A stretch of 64,000 bases of DNA from Nitrospirota bacterium (GTDB taxonomy: Bacteria; Nitrospirota; Nitrospiria; Nitrospirales; NS-4), in NCBI GenBank assembly GCA_005877815.1, contig VBOG01000098.1, positions 13,188 to 77,187 on the forward strand, read 5' to 3'. Both the position numbers and the translations under genes were made by a program. The notes beneath the pieces are model-generated. The model was given only the letters and a program-made list of their open reading frames with translations. It was not told where the DNA came from and made no database searches. Of this stretch, positions 9,651 through 19,956 are shown in pieces; positions within the stretch are counted from its first letter, which is position 1; each line of letters begins with the position of its first letter.

Positions 9651-10633
9651 GCCCCAGCCTTTCCCAGCACAGGACGGGGATGGCCTTTGACGGCGTGCTC
9701 GTGCTCGATAAGCCGAGCGGGTGGACTTCTCATGATGTCGTTGCGAAAGTCCGACGGCTGTTGGGCATCCGCAAGATCGGCCATACGGGGACGCTCGATC
9801 CTTCCGCGACCGGCGTGTTGGTGCTCTGCGTGGGAAAGGCGACGCGGATCGCAGAGTACATCGTCAACAGCGTCAAGAGCTACCGGGGGACGCTTCGCCT
9901 CGGCATCACGACCGATACGCAGGATGCGGACGGTGCGGTCTTGACGAGGTACGAAGGAAGGCTTCCGGACGAACCTGAGGTCAGGGCCGTGATGAGTGGT
10001 TTCATCGGGGTCCGGCGCCAAGTTCCTCCGATGTATTCCGCCGTGAAAGTGAACGGGGAACCGCTCTACAAATCTGCGCGGGCCGGCGAGACGGTCGTCC
10101 GTGCCACTCGCGAGTGCGTCATCCATGCCATCGAGATCTTCACGGTCTCGCGAGCGCCGCGCACCGGCGGAGGAGAGTCCGTTGATGTCGTCTTCGACGT
10201 AACCTGCAGCAAAGGCACGTATGTCCGGACGCTCTGCGCTGATATGGGGGAGGCGTTGGGCGTGGGAGGACATTTGGCCGCTCTTCAGCGCCGATCGGTC
10301 GGACGCTTTCTGATTGAGGAGGCTGTCAGCCTGGAAGAATTGGCCCGATTAGTGGAGCACGATGCCGTGGGTGGACGGGTTTTTCCCTTGGAGGCGGTGC
10401 TCGCAGACCTACCTGCATTCACGATTGATGCGGCCTCGGCAAAAGGTGTCCGGCATGGCATGAGTGTCCCGAGCGCCCATGTGCTGAAGACTGAAGGAGC
10501 CTGGAAAGCGGGCGCGCGCGTGCGCCTCCATGGACCTGACGGCATGTTGGTGGCAGTTGGGATTGTGCCCTGGGGCTCTCAGGGCCAGCAGAAATCCGAG
10601 GATTCCATTCGGTTGGACAAAGTGTTGGCATAA
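9647..10633 (+). CDS. truB: tRNA pseudouridine(55) synthase
   Basis: [42 protein letters not shown]. Confidence 0.96.
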   Translation: MSPSLSQHRTGMAFDGVLVLDKPSGWTSHDVVAKVRRLLGIRKIGHTGTLDPSATGVLVLCVGKATRIAEYIVNSVKSYRGTLRLGITTDTQDADGAVLTRYEGRLPDEPEVRAVMSGFIGVRRQVPPMYSAVKVNGEPLYKSARAGETVVRATRECVIHAIEIFTVSRAPRTGGGESVDVVFDVTCSKGTYVRTLCADMGEALGVGGHLAALQRRSVGRFLIEEAVSLEELARLVEHDAVGGRVFPLEAVLADLPAFTIDAASAKGVRHGMSVPSAHVLKTEGAWKAGARVRLHGPDGMLVAVGIVPWGSQGQQKSEDSIRLDKVLA

Positions 10634-10652
10634 CCAAAAGAGGAGGCAGTCA

Positions 10653-10922
10653 ATGGCGCTGAAGAAAGAAGAGAAGACCTCGTTGATCAACGACTACAAA
10701 ATGCACGATTCGGACACCGGCTCCCCTGAGGTCCAGGTCGCGGTCCTGACCAACCGCATTACGTACCTCACCGAGCATTTTCAAGGGCACAAGAAGGATC
10801 ATCATTCGCGGCGAGGGTTGCTGACGATGGTCAGCCGCCGTCGCCGTTTGCTGGATTATCTGCGCCGTCATAACGAGGAGCGGTACAAGGCGCTGATCAC
10901 ACGATTGGGGATCCGGCGATAG
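10653..10922 (+). CDS. rpsO: 30S ribosomal protein S15
   Basis: [22 protein letters not shown]. Start moved to ATG 10653 after GAGGAGG. Confidence 0.97.
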   Translation: MALKKEEKTSLINDYKMHDSDTGSPEVQVAVLTNRITYLTEHFQGHKKDHHSRRGLLTMVSRRRRLLDYLRRHNEERYKALITRLGIRR

Positions 10923-11044
10923 TCAGCACGATTTATCAGTGACCACGACGTCTTGCAGGTGGACACCGATCTGGCCTGCTGGATCTTCAGCAGGGCGGTT
11001 CAGTGGACATCTGTGGACGCCCAACGAAGGAGCACAGGAATATC

Positions 11045-13156
11045 ATGGCGCACACAGTAGAACTTGAACTGGCCGGGCGAACGCTTCGGTTGGAAACTGG
11101 TCACATGGCGAAACAGGCCGACGGGTCCGTTCTCGCGACGTATGGTGATACCTACGTCCTCGCGACGGCCGTCGCCTCTCAAACGGCCAAGAAGGACATT
11201 GATTTTCTTCCCCTCACCGTGGATTACCAAGAAAAAGCCTATGCCGCGGGCAAAATCCCCGGAGGGTATTTCAAGCGTGAAGGACAACCTTCCGAAAAGG
11301 AAAAATTATCGAGCCGCCTGATTGACCGGCCGATGCGACCGCTGTTTCCGGAAGGCTGGTATTTCGAAACCCAGGTGATCGCGATGGTGATCTCGGCGGA
11401 TCAATCCGGCACGTCGGACATCGTCGGCATCATCGCCGCGTCCGCCGCACTGGCCGTTTCCAACATTCCGTTCAATGGCCCTGTCGCCGCGGTGCGGGTG
11501 GGCCGCTTGAACGGGGAGTTTGTCATCAATCCGGACATGACGGCGCTGGAGAGCTGCGACTTGAGTTTGGTGGTGGCTGGAACAGCCGACGCCGTCATGA
11601 TGGTGGAGGGGGGCGCTGCGGGTCTGCCTGAGGCCACGATGATCGCCGCGATTGAACGGGCGCACCAGGAAATCAAGCGGATCGTCGAGAGCATCCGGAA
11701 ACTGGCGACCGCAGCGGGAAAACCGAAGCGGAGCGTGCAGACCGAAGAAATTGACTCGTCATTGCGCAAGGCCGTCAAGGATCTCACTGCGGCGGCCATT
11801 CGCAAGGCCATCTTTATTCCGAATAAGAGCGCCCGGCAGGAGCAGTTGGACGCGATCAAGGCCGAGGCCATAGTCGCGCTTGCGAAGGAAGACGACCCCG
11901 ACCGGACACGGCACGTGAAGCTCGTTTTCCATGAATTGGAATACACCGAAGTGCGGAAAATGATACTTGAAGACGGCAAGCGCGCGGATGGCCGCGGGCC
12001 AGCCGATATCCGGCCCATCACCTGCGAAGTTGGACTGCTCCCCCGAGCCCATGGCTCTGCGCTCTTTACCCGCGGCGAAACCCAGGCCTTGGCGGTCGTG
12101 ACGCTTGGCACATCCGACGACGAGCAGAAAATTGATGCCCTCGAAGGCGAATATTACCGGACGTTCATGCTGCATTATAATTTTCCGCCATTCAGCGTGG
12201 GCGAGGCGCGGCCGCTACGGTCCCCAGGCAGGCGCGAGATCGGGCATGGAGCGCTCGCTGAACGGGCGCTCAAGCCGGTGCTGCCGGCCAAAAAGGATTT
12301 TCCCTATACGCTGCGCCTCGTGTCGGACATTCTCGAGTCCAACGGATCGTCCTCGATGGCGACGGTATGCGGTGGCAGTTTGGCATTCATGGATGCCGGC
12401 GTGCCGATCAAGGAACCCGTGGCGGGCATCGCGATGGGACTCATCAAGGAAGGGGAGCAGGTGATGGTGCTCTCCGATATCCTGGGGTTGGAGGATCATC
12501 TGGGTGACATGGATTTCAAGGTCTGTGGAACCGCCCAAGGAGTGACGGCTCTTCAGATGGATATCAAGATCGGAGGGATTACCGCCAAACTCATGGAGCA
12601 GGCGCTCGCGCAGGCGCGCGAGGGCAGGATGCACATTCTCAGCAGAATGCGGGCGGCGCTCGAATCGCCACGGACGGCCATGTCGCCGTATGCGCCACGC
12701 ATCTACACCCTGAAGATTAAGACCGACAAGATCCGCGAAGTGATCGGACCAGGCGGAAAAGTTATCCGGGACATTGTCGCGACCTGCGGCGTCAAGATGG
12801 ACGTGCAGGACGATGGCACCGTGACGATCGCCTCCAACGATGAAGCCTCGGCCAAAAAGGCGATCGACCGCGTGAACCAGATCACCGAAGAAGTGGAGAT
12901 TGGAAAATTGTATCTCGGCAAGGTCAAGAAGATCATGGATTTTGGCGCGTTCGTCGAGGTGCTACCGGGGGTGGATGGATTGGTGCACATCTCCCAACTG
13001 GCGCACCATCGCGTGAATCAGGTGACCGATGAGGTGAAGGAAGGCGATGAAGTGCTGGTGAAAGTGCTGGAAGTGGACCGGCAAGGCAAGATCAGGCTCA
13101 GCCGGAAAGAGGCGATGCCCGACCCGAAAGCGTCGGCTCAATCGGCTCAATCATAG
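11045..13156 (+). CDS. pnp: Polyribonucleotide nucleotidyltransferase
   Basis: FFRREG-like YFKREG, SRLIDRP, ESNGSSSMA, DHLGDMDFKV, KH and S1 domains. Start moved to ATG 11045. Confidence 0.97.
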   Translation: MAHTVELELAGRTLRLETGHMAKQADGSVLATYGDTYVLATAVASQTAKKDIDFLPLTVDYQEKAYAAGKIPGGYFKREGQPSEKEKLSSRLIDRPMRPLFPEGWYFETQVIAMVISADQSGTSDIVGIIAASAALAVSNIPFNGPVAAVRVGRLNGEFVINPDMTALESCDLSLVVAGTADAVMMVEGGAAGLPEATMIAAIERAHQEIKRIVESIRKLATAAGKPKRSVQTEEIDSSLRKAVKDLTAAAIRKAIFIPNKSARQEQLDAIKAEAIVALAKEDDPDRTRHVKLVFHELEYTEVRKMILEDGKRADGRGPADIRPITCEVGLLPRAHGSALFTRGETQALAVVTLGTSDDEQKIDALEGEYYRTFMLHYNFPPFSVGEARPLRSPGRREIGHGALAERALKPVLPAKKDFPYTLRLVSDILESNGSSSMATVCGGSLAFMDAGVPIKEPVAGIAMGLIKEGEQVMVLSDILGLEDHLGDMDFKVCGTAQGVTALQMDIKIGGITAKLMEQALAQAREGRMHILSRMRAALESPRTAMSPYAPRIYTLKIKTDKIREVIGPGGKVIRDIVATCGVKMDVQDDGTVTIASNDEASAKKAIDRVNQITEEVEIGKLYLGKVKKIMDFGAFVEVLPGVDGLVHISQLAHHRVNQVTDEVKEGDEVLVKVLEVDRQGKIRLSRKEAMPDPKASAQSAQS

Positions 13157-13169
13157 GTCAGGGAGCCCG

Positions 13170-14423
13170 ATGGTTCATAAGGATGTGTTCGACAACGGCG
13201 TACGGGTCGTCACCGAGAAGATGTCCTCGGTTCGTTCAGTCTCGATCGGTGTGTGGGTGAATGTCGGATCTCGCGACGAAGAGCCTGGCGAAGAGGGGTT
13301 CTCTCACTTTATCGAACACATGGTCTTCAAAGGCACGCGACGACGTTCCGCCGAGGCCATCTCGCGCGAAATTGACGGGATGGGCGGAGAGCTGAACGCT
13401 TTTACCTCGCGCGAATGCACCACGTTCTACGCCAAAATGTTGGATGAGTCCCTGGAGCAGGGGATCGATCTTCTCGCGGATATTTTTCACCATTCCCTGT
13501 TCGACGCCAAAGAACTGACCAAGGAAAAACGCGTCATTCTCGAGGAAATCAGGATGGTCGAAGACGATCCCGAGGACTATCTGCACGATCTGCACACCAA
13601 GAAAGTCTTCAGACGCCATCCCTTGGGCCGTCCCATTTTGGGTGAAGTGGCGACGATCACCGCGCTACGGCGTGCGCAGTTGCTGTCCTACCGGTCTCGC
13701 TACTACCGACCGACGGAAGTCGTGATTGCGGTCGCCGGCAATTTCTCTCACGGGCGCTTGTTGAAACGCCTGTCGTCTGCCTTTGGTGGAGAATGGGGCG
13801 AGCCAACGCCTTCCGTCAACCGAATCCCGCCGGTTATTGAAGCGGGTGTCTATGTGCGCGCAAAGCAATTGGAACAGGCGCATCTCTGCGTGGGCATGAA
13901 AGGCGTGTCGCATATGGACAAGGACCGATATGGGGTCTATGCACTGAACGCCATTCTGGGCGGGGGCGTCAGTTCGCGGCTGTTTCAAGAGATCCGTGAA
14001 AAGCGCGGCCTTGCCTACGCCATCTATTCGTCGCCCCAGTGTTTCACGGATAGCGGCCTCTTTATCGTCTACGCAGGTGCGCGAGCCGAAATGGCGCCGC
14101 GTGTATTGGGTGTGGTGCTGACCGAAGTCAAACGACTGAAGGAGAGCCCCGTCGGCCGGGCGGAATTGGAGCGCGCCAAGAACCAGCTGAAGGGGAATCT
14201 CATGTTAGGCTTGGAAAGCACCAGCAGCCGGATGAGCCATGCGGCTAAGGATGAGATGCATTTTGGCCGGGCCATCTCAGTCAAGGAAACCATGGCCGAC
14301 ATTGACAAGGTTTCCGTAGACCAGTTGTGGCGGTTGAGCCAGGATCTCTTTGACGAGCGCTATCTGTCGGTAACCGCTTTGGGACCTCTCAAAAAGGGGG
14401 CATTAGAGGGCGTCTTCCAGTGA
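13170..14423 (+). CDS. M16 family (pitrilysin-like) zinc peptidase
   Basis: SHFIEHMVFKGT (HxxEH), LNAFTSRE, SSRLFQEIREKRGLAY; common pnp neighbour. Confidence 0.9.
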   Translation: MVHKDVFDNGVRVVTEKMSSVRSVSIGVWVNVGSRDEEPGEEGFSHFIEHMVFKGTRRRSAEAISREIDGMGGELNAFTSRECTTFYAKMLDESLEQGIDLLADIFHHSLFDAKELTKEKRVILEEIRMVEDDPEDYLHDLHTKKVFRRHPLGRPILGEVATITALRRAQLLSYRSRYYRPTEVVIAVAGNFSHGRLLKRLSSAFGGEWGEPTPSVNRIPPVIEAGVYVRAKQLEQAHLCVGMKGVSHMDKDRYGVYALNAILGGGVSSRLFQEIREKRGLAYAIYSSPQCFTDSGLFIVYAGARAEMAPRVLGVVLTEVKRLKESPVGRAELERAKNQLKGNLMLGLESTSSRMSHAAKDEMHFGRAISVKETMADIDKVSVDQLWRLSQDLFDERYLSVTALGPLKKGALEGVFQ

Positions 14424-14439
14424 CCGCGGAGAAGATCCG

Positions 14440-16422
14440 ATGGAATTCGGTCTGCCTCGACGGGGTCTGCAGCAAAAGTTCGTCGCGTCACTCCTGATCG
14501 TCGGGTTCGCGCCCGGCATCGTTGCCCTGTTCGCCACCTATCTCTACAGCACCCATAGTCTCAAGCGCGCCATCGGCGACAGCTTTCAGCAGCTCGCCGC
14601 GTCGACTGCCCGCCGCATTGAAGTGATGGTGGATGATGAGATCGATGGCGCTCGCCATCTCGCATCCGCGCCGCTGATCGTTCGTGTCGCCGTGGAAGCC
14701 GCCAACGCGTCCTACCGCCCAGATGGTTCGTGGCAGGCACAGATAATGGAGCGACGTCGGCAGTGGGAGCAATTTCGCGCGGCGGGTGGCACGCCGCCCG
14801 CCTTCATCAATCGTGCGACATCATTCTTCCTTCAAGACTGGTCGACGATCCGTGCCGAAACCTATCACAATATCCTGGTGACCGATGAGCACGGCGCGCT
14901 GGTCGCGAGCCTCGATCGGAACACCGGTTTTGTTCATGCTGATAAGGTCTGGTGGAGGGAAGCCTTCGCAGAGGGACGAGGACGCACATACATCAGCGAC
15001 ATCTATGAAGACAGTCGGGGCCTCTATCTTCTGGATATCGCCGTGCCCGTCCTGGATGCCAAGGGCAGCCGGGCGATCGGCGTGGTCAAACTCGTATTGC
15101 GCCGGGACAACCTGATGAAGGCGATCATGGAAATCAAGGTCGGTGAACGAGGGCATGGCATGCTCTTGAACACAGAGGGGACGCCTTTGATTTGCCCCGT
15201 CCTGCCGCCCAAAGCGCATCTCATCAACGATCCGTTGATGCAGCAGATCACGCGGTCATCGCCCGGGTGGGTGGTCGCAGACGACGACGCGCACGGCGGG
15301 CACAACTCGATTGTCGGCTATGCGCCCATTCGATTCTCGCATGAGGTCTCGCAGTCGAGCCTTGGTGGCGGGGCGTGGTATGCCTTCGTCAGGCAAGACC
15401 CGGCCGAAACGTATGCGCCTATCTATACGCTGTTGCGCACGGTCGGCGTCATTGGTTTCGGCATGGTGATCGTCTTGGCCTCTCTCGGATTCTATGTCGG
15501 ACGTCTCATCGTCAAGCCCATTCTCCTGTTGCAGCAACAGGCGGAGGCGATTCGAGCGGACGTTCTCAAGATTGCGTCTGCGACGCGGTTCGATCGCGTC
15601 CTCGTCGGCACGGCTGACCGTCGGGTGGCGATTCGCACCGGCGACGAACTGGAAGCGTTGGCCTTGGCGTTCAATCAGATGGCCGAAACGTTGGACGAAA
15701 CGCTTCAGTGCATCCATGACCAGCAGGATGAGCTACTTCGAAAGGAGAAACTGGCGTCCGTAGGCCAGCTGCTGGCGGCGCTGGCGCACGACATTAAGAA
15801 TCCCCTCGGCGTCATTCGCAGTTCGGCGCAACTGGTCCTGGACGAAAAACAGTCCGACGCCGTCAAACACGAAGTCGCGCAATATGTGATTGATGAAGTG
15901 GACCGGTTGACGAACCGTATCAATCATTTCTTGCGATTCGCCCGGCAGAAACCGCCGGAGGTGCGTCCGGTCGCCGTCGAGGCCTTGCTGGAGGCCGCGG
16001 TCAGGGAATGGAAGGCGTTGGGAAAAACCGAGGCCATCACCGTGCGAATGCGTTTCTCGCCGGAGGGACAACAGGTGCTGGTGGACCCGGATCAAGTCAA
16101 GGAGGCCGTAGTCAATGTCTTGATGAATGCCCGTGAGGCGATGCCAGAAGGCGGGACAGTGAGCCTCTTGGTCACTCCTCTCGACGTGCCGAAAGGCGGA
16201 CGCATGGTGGAGATTCGCGTCACAGACACGGGAACGGGTATCAGTGCTGAAGAGCTCCAACACATATACGACCCGTTTTTTACGACCAAAGAGTACGGCA
16301 CTGGTCTTGGGTTGACCAATGTCAAACGCTTGGTAGAGGATAACGGCGGGCAAATGGAGATCTACAGTAAACAGGGACACGGGACCGACGTTGCGCTGTG
16401 GTTCCTCGCGGTGCCTCAATAA
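14440..16422 (+). CDS. Membrane sensor histidine kinase (Cache-like periplasmic domain, HAMP, HisKA, HATPase)
   Basis: Two TM segments; TGDELEALA.AFNQM (HAMP); LAHDIKNPL; DTGTGI, DPFFTTK, GTGLGL. Confidence 0.9.
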   Translation: MEFGLPRRGLQQKFVASLLIVGFAPGIVALFATYLYSTHSLKRAIGDSFQQLAASTARRIEVMVDDEIDGARHLASAPLIVRVAVEAANASYRPDGSWQAQIMERRRQWEQFRAAGGTPPAFINRATSFFLQDWSTIRAETYHNILVTDEHGALVASLDRNTGFVHADKVWWREAFAEGRGRTYISDIYEDSRGLYLLDIAVPVLDAKGSRAIGVVKLVLRRDNLMKAIMEIKVGERGHGMLLNTEGTPLICPVLPPKAHLINDPLMQQITRSSPGWVVADDDAHGGHNSIVGYAPIRFSHEVSQSSLGGGAWYAFVRQDPAETYAPIYTLLRTVGVIGFGMVIVLASLGFYVGRLIVKPILLLQQQAEAIRADVLKIASATRFDRVLVGTADRRVAIRTGDELEALALAFNQMAETLDETLQCIHDQQDELLRKEKLASVGQLLAALAHDIKNPLGVIRSSAQLVLDEKQSDAVKHEVAQYVIDEVDRLTNRINHFLRFARQKPPEVRPVAVEALLEAAVREWKALGKTEAITVRMRFSPEGQQVLVDPDQVKEAVVNVLMNAREAMPEGGTVSLLVTPLDVPKGGRMVEIRVTDTGTGISAEELQHIYDPFFTTKEYGTGLGLTNVKRLVEDNGGQMEIYSKQGHGTDVALWFLAVPQ

Positions 16423-16433
16423 GGAGGCTGCTG

Positions 16434-17825
16434 ATGCCGGAATCGACGATCCTCATCATTGAAGACGAATCCCGCATGCGCTCACTCATAGATCTCGTGC
16501 TGCGGTCCGAAGGCTACCGCCTGATATTGGCGGAGTCGGGAGAAGCCGGCCTGCGGTTTGCGGACGAGGGCGGAATTGACCTTGTGCTGACGGATTGGCA
16601 GATGGGAGAAGTCAGCGGCCTGGATGTCCTTGAGCACATCACCAAAGAGTCTCCCGGTGTGCCAGTTGTCATCATCACCGGATTCGGGACGGTGAAATCG
16701 GCGGTTGAGGCGACGAAAAAGGGGGCGTTCGACTACATCAGTAAGCCTATCGACAATGATGAGTTGAAGATCGTGGTCAAGCGGGCGTTGGACATGCGCC
16801 GGTTGACTCTCGAAAACCTCGGCTTGAGCCAGGGCCTCCGCGAACAGTTCGGATTCGACAAGATCATCGGTGCATCGCCGAAGCTCTCCTCTGTGAAGGC
16901 TTTGGCGCGAGACATTGCCGTAACGGATTCGACGGTCTTGATTGCGGGAGAGAGCGGGACCGGCAAGGAATTGCTGGCCCGAGCCATCCACTATGCGAGT
17001 CCACGAGCAGGGGGCCCTCTCATCTCGATCAATTGTGCAGCCATCCCGGAACACCTGCTCGAATCGGAGTTGTTTGGCTACGAAAAGGGCGCCTTTACGG
17101 ATGCGAAAAAGGCCAAACCCGGACGGTTTCTTCTGGCCCATCGCGGGACCCTCTTCCTGGACGAGATCGGTGAAATGAGTACTGCCACGCAGGTAAAGCT
17201 GCTGCGTGTGCTGGAAGACCGCATGATCGAGCCGCTGGGCGGCGTCAGGGGAATTAAAGTCGATCTGCGGCTGGTCGCGGCCACGAATCAAGACCTCCAA
17301 GACCTCGTCAAGAGGGGTAAATTTCGCGAGGATCTTTTCTATCGCCTCAGCGTCTGTCCGCTCCATCTGCCGCCGTTGCGTGAACGCACCGGCGACATGC
17401 CCATACTTCTTGAGCACTTCCTCGCCCGATATAATCGTGAACGCGGCACGCGCATCGCTGGACTGACACCCCAGGCGCTGCGTCTCGTGGAGATGTACGC
17501 CTGGCCCGGAAACGTACGAGAATTTCAGAATATGGTGGAGTGGGTGACCATTACGTGCAAGGGGACATCAGTCAATGTAGACAACCTGCCGGCCTACCTG
17601 AAAATTACGAAACCCGACTCCGATCCGGATACCAAACCCTCCGTGCCTTCCCTGTTGTCGTACGGTCTGTCGGTCGAGGAGGTGGAGAAGGTCATGCTTG
17701 AGGAGGCGTTGGCGCGCGCGAAAGGGAATGTATCTGAGGCGGCCCGATTGCTTAAAATCACGCGCAATACGCTGCGTTATCGGATGGGGAAGTATCATCT
17801 CAAAGTCTCCTCAGATGCTGAATGA
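16434..17825 (+). CDS. sigma54-dependent response regulator (NtrC family)
   Basis: Receiver LTDWQM; GESGTGKE, ESELFGYEKGAFTDA, LFLDEIGEM, FREDLFYRL, WPGNVRE, Fis-type HTH. Start moved to ATG 16434. Confidence 0.93.
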   Translation: MPESTILIIEDESRMRSLIDLVLRSEGYRLILAESGEAGLRFADEGGIDLVLTDWQMGEVSGLDVLEHITKESPGVPVVIITGFGTVKSAVEATKKGAFDYISKPIDNDELKIVVKRALDMRRLTLENLGLSQGLREQFGFDKIIGASPKLSSVKALARDIAVTDSTVLIAGESGTGKELLARAIHYASPRAGGPLISINCAAIPEHLLESELFGYEKGAFTDAKKAKPGRFLLAHRGTLFLDEIGEMSTATQVKLLRVLEDRMIEPLGGVRGIKVDLRLVAATNQDLQDLVKRGKFREDLFYRLSVCPLHLPPLRERTGDMPILLEHFLARYNRERGTRIAGLTPQALRLVEMYAWPGNVREFQNMVEWVTITCKGTSVNVDNLPAYLKITKPDSDPDTKPSVPSLLSYGLSVEEVEKVMLEEALARAKGNVSEAARLLKITRNTLRYRMGKYHLKVSSDAE

Positions 17826-17948
17826 GGGTTGAAAGTTTCGCGAGAAGCTTCCCCCTACGAAAAGGGAATAAGGCAATACACTCGTATTGTGTTCTCCCTC
17901 GCCTCCAAGTAATATATCTCGCTGCCGACATGGAAGGAGACCAACGGG

Positions 17949-19229
17949 GTGTTGTGGGGGAATAAGGGGAATCGCTCCCCAAAAAAATCTTTTTGTTCCT
18001 TCTGTGGAAAGTCCCGAGTGGGCTTGCTGGAACTTATCGAAAGCCCCGCCGCCTATCTTTGCGAGGGTTGCCACGCAGTCACGACCCTTTGGATTTGCAA
18101 CGAATGTGTGACGCGCTGCCAGACCGTGGTGACGCAAGGACGCCGGCCGAAGACGTCCCACGATCCGCGGTCATTCAAGCTGCTGAACCCGCCTCAAATT
18201 AAACGCATCCTCGACGACTATGTCATCGGCCAGGAAAAGGCCAAGAAGGTGCTGTCGGTGGCCGTCCACAATCACTACCGGCGTATACAGACGAACGCCC
18301 GTGTCGGCGATGTGGAGCTGCAAAAAGGAAATGTCTTTCTGATTGGACCTACCGGGACAGGCAAGACATTGCTTTGCCAGACCCTCGCGCGAATTTTGGA
18401 GGTCCCCTTCGCCATTGCCGATGCTACGACGCTGACAGAAGCCGGCTACGTCGGTGAAGATGTCGAAAACGTCGTGTTGAAGTTGCTACAGGCGGCGGAT
18501 TTCGATGTGGCGCGCGCGGAGACGGGGATCATTTACATTGATGAAATTGATAAGATCAGCCGCAAGTCCGAAAGCCCGTCCATCACCCGCGATGTGTCGG
18601 GTGAGGGCGTGCAGCAAGCGCTCTTGAAACTGGTCGAAGGCACGACGTGCAGTGTGCCGCCGAAGGGTGGGCGTAAGCATCCCGAGCAAGAATTCATCAA
18701 AATTGATACGTCGAATATTTTGTTCATCTGCGGCGGAGCCTTCGTGGGCTTGGACCAAATCGTCCGACAACGCACCAGAGAGCGCGCGATGGGATTCGGG
18801 GCCGACGTGAGTCCTGTCGACGGGAACGGGGTCGGCGCATTGCTGTCTCAGGTCCAACCGGAAGATCTTCTCCGCTTCGGATTGATCCCGGAATTCGTGG
18901 GGCGTTTTCCCGTGCTCGTCACGCTCTCGGAGCTCGGCGAGGCTGATCTGATGCGGATCCTGACCGAGCCACGCAACGCATTGTTCAAACAGTACCAGAC
19001 GATGTTTGCATTGGAAGGCGTCGAACTGACCTTTACCGATGACGCTGTCAAAGCGGTGGCGAAGCGGGCGGAACGGTTACGCACAGGGGCGCGGGCATTG
19101 CGAGCGATCATGGAAGAGGTCATGTTGGATTTGATGTATGAGATTCCGGCTCAATCCCATGTCCGCACAGTTCTGATTACCGATGGCGTGATCGAAGGTC
19201 ACGCGGCGCCCGAAATTCAAACCGGGTAA
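17949..19229 (+). CDS. clpX: ClpX ATPase with atypical zinc-binding domain
   Basis: [55 protein letters not shown] loop, GARALR. Confidence 0.92.
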   Translation: MLWGNKGNRSPKKSFCSFCGKSRVGLLELIESPAAYLCEGCHAVTTLWICNECVTRCQTVVTQGRRPKTSHDPRSFKLLNPPQIKRILDDYVIGQEKAKKVLSVAVHNHYRRIQTNARVGDVELQKGNVFLIGPTGTGKTLLCQTLARILEVPFAIADATTLTEAGYVGEDVENVVLKLLQAADFDVARAETGIIYIDEIDKISRKSESPSITRDVSGEGVQQALLKLVEGTTCSVPPKGGRKHPEQEFIKIDTSNILFICGGAFVGLDQIVRQRTRERAMGFGADVSPVDGNGVGALLSQVQPEDLLRFGLIPEFVGRFPVLVTLSELGEADLMRILTEPRNALFKQYQTMFALEGVELTFTDDAVKAVAKRAERLRTGARALRAIMEEVMLDLMYEIPAQSHVRTVLITDGVIEGHAAPEIQTG

Positions 19230-19369
19230 CAGTTTCCGGGGACGACCTTCCTCCCATAGAAACATGCGATCACACGGCATGAATGACGGTGTTAAAGAGT
19301 CTCCTTGGGAAATGGCAAACTATAGACATTTAAAGGGATTTTTGCTCAGTTTGGCTGTCCAAAAAATTG

Positions 19370-19398
19370 TTGACAAAAAAAAGACGCTCTAGTAGCAT
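19370..19398 (+). promoter_or_regulatory. Strong sigma70-type promoter
   Basis: TTGACA-N17-TAGCAT with an A-tract upstream, in an AT-rich spacer. Confidence 0.75.
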
Positions 19399-19469
19399 CG
19401 AACCCCACTGAAGGTCTTAAGGTATAACTCATTCCGATGATTTAGATTAATCTCAAGGAGGGAGTCAGC

Positions 19470-19916
19470 ATGAAACGAGGTGTCATCATTGCTGCAATCT
19501 TTGTCCTGTTTGCCGTAGGGGTATGGCCAGCCGATCAGGCCTCGGCCGAGACCTTGAAAGGACGTATTTGGGCGGCATGGGCCGAGAATCCGGATAACGA
19601 AGTGTTATTCGGGATTCAATACTGGAATACAGGCGCTCCTGGCTCCGGAATGCCGGGTGGAAGGACATCGGTCACCACGACCGAGGTTCCGGACGGGTGG
19701 GCTGGAGGCGGAGCATGGGGTTTCCAGGGAGGTCCTGAGAAGAATGCGCCCTATGCCGGCTGGTATCATGCCCAGACGACGGTGCGCATCGCGGTGAAGG
19801 ATAAGGCGCTGATGGATCAGATGATGAAGGCGAACCAGGAACTGGTCAATATGGAGGTGAACGTCGAGGACATCGGCGGCCGTCCGACGATCACTGCCTT
19901 CAAGGTACTCAAATAA
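19470..19916 (+). CDS. Secreted protein of unknown function (OB-fold-like)
   Basis: AAGGAGGGAG SD; signal peptide ending ASA; no family recognised. Confidence 0.85.
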   Translation: MKRGVIIAAIFVLFAVGVWPADQASAETLKGRIWAAWAENPDNEVLFGIQYWNTGAPGSGMPGGRTSVTTTEVPDGWAGGGAWGFQGGPEKNAPYAGWYHAQTTVRIAVKDKALMDQMMKANQELVNMEVNVEDIGGRPTITAFKVLK

Positions 19917-19956
19917 TTTATTCTTAATTTCTCGTCTTATGAAGGAGGGGGATTGT

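Noticed and set aside
6375-10653. No ylxR, L7Ae, nrnA or ribF in the nusA-infB-truB block
   Set aside because: These genes are variably present across phyla; ordinary.
13134-13151. Tandem TCGGCTCAA x2 at the end of pnp
   Set aside because: Two copies encoding SAQSAQ in a low-complexity tail; not a repeat array.
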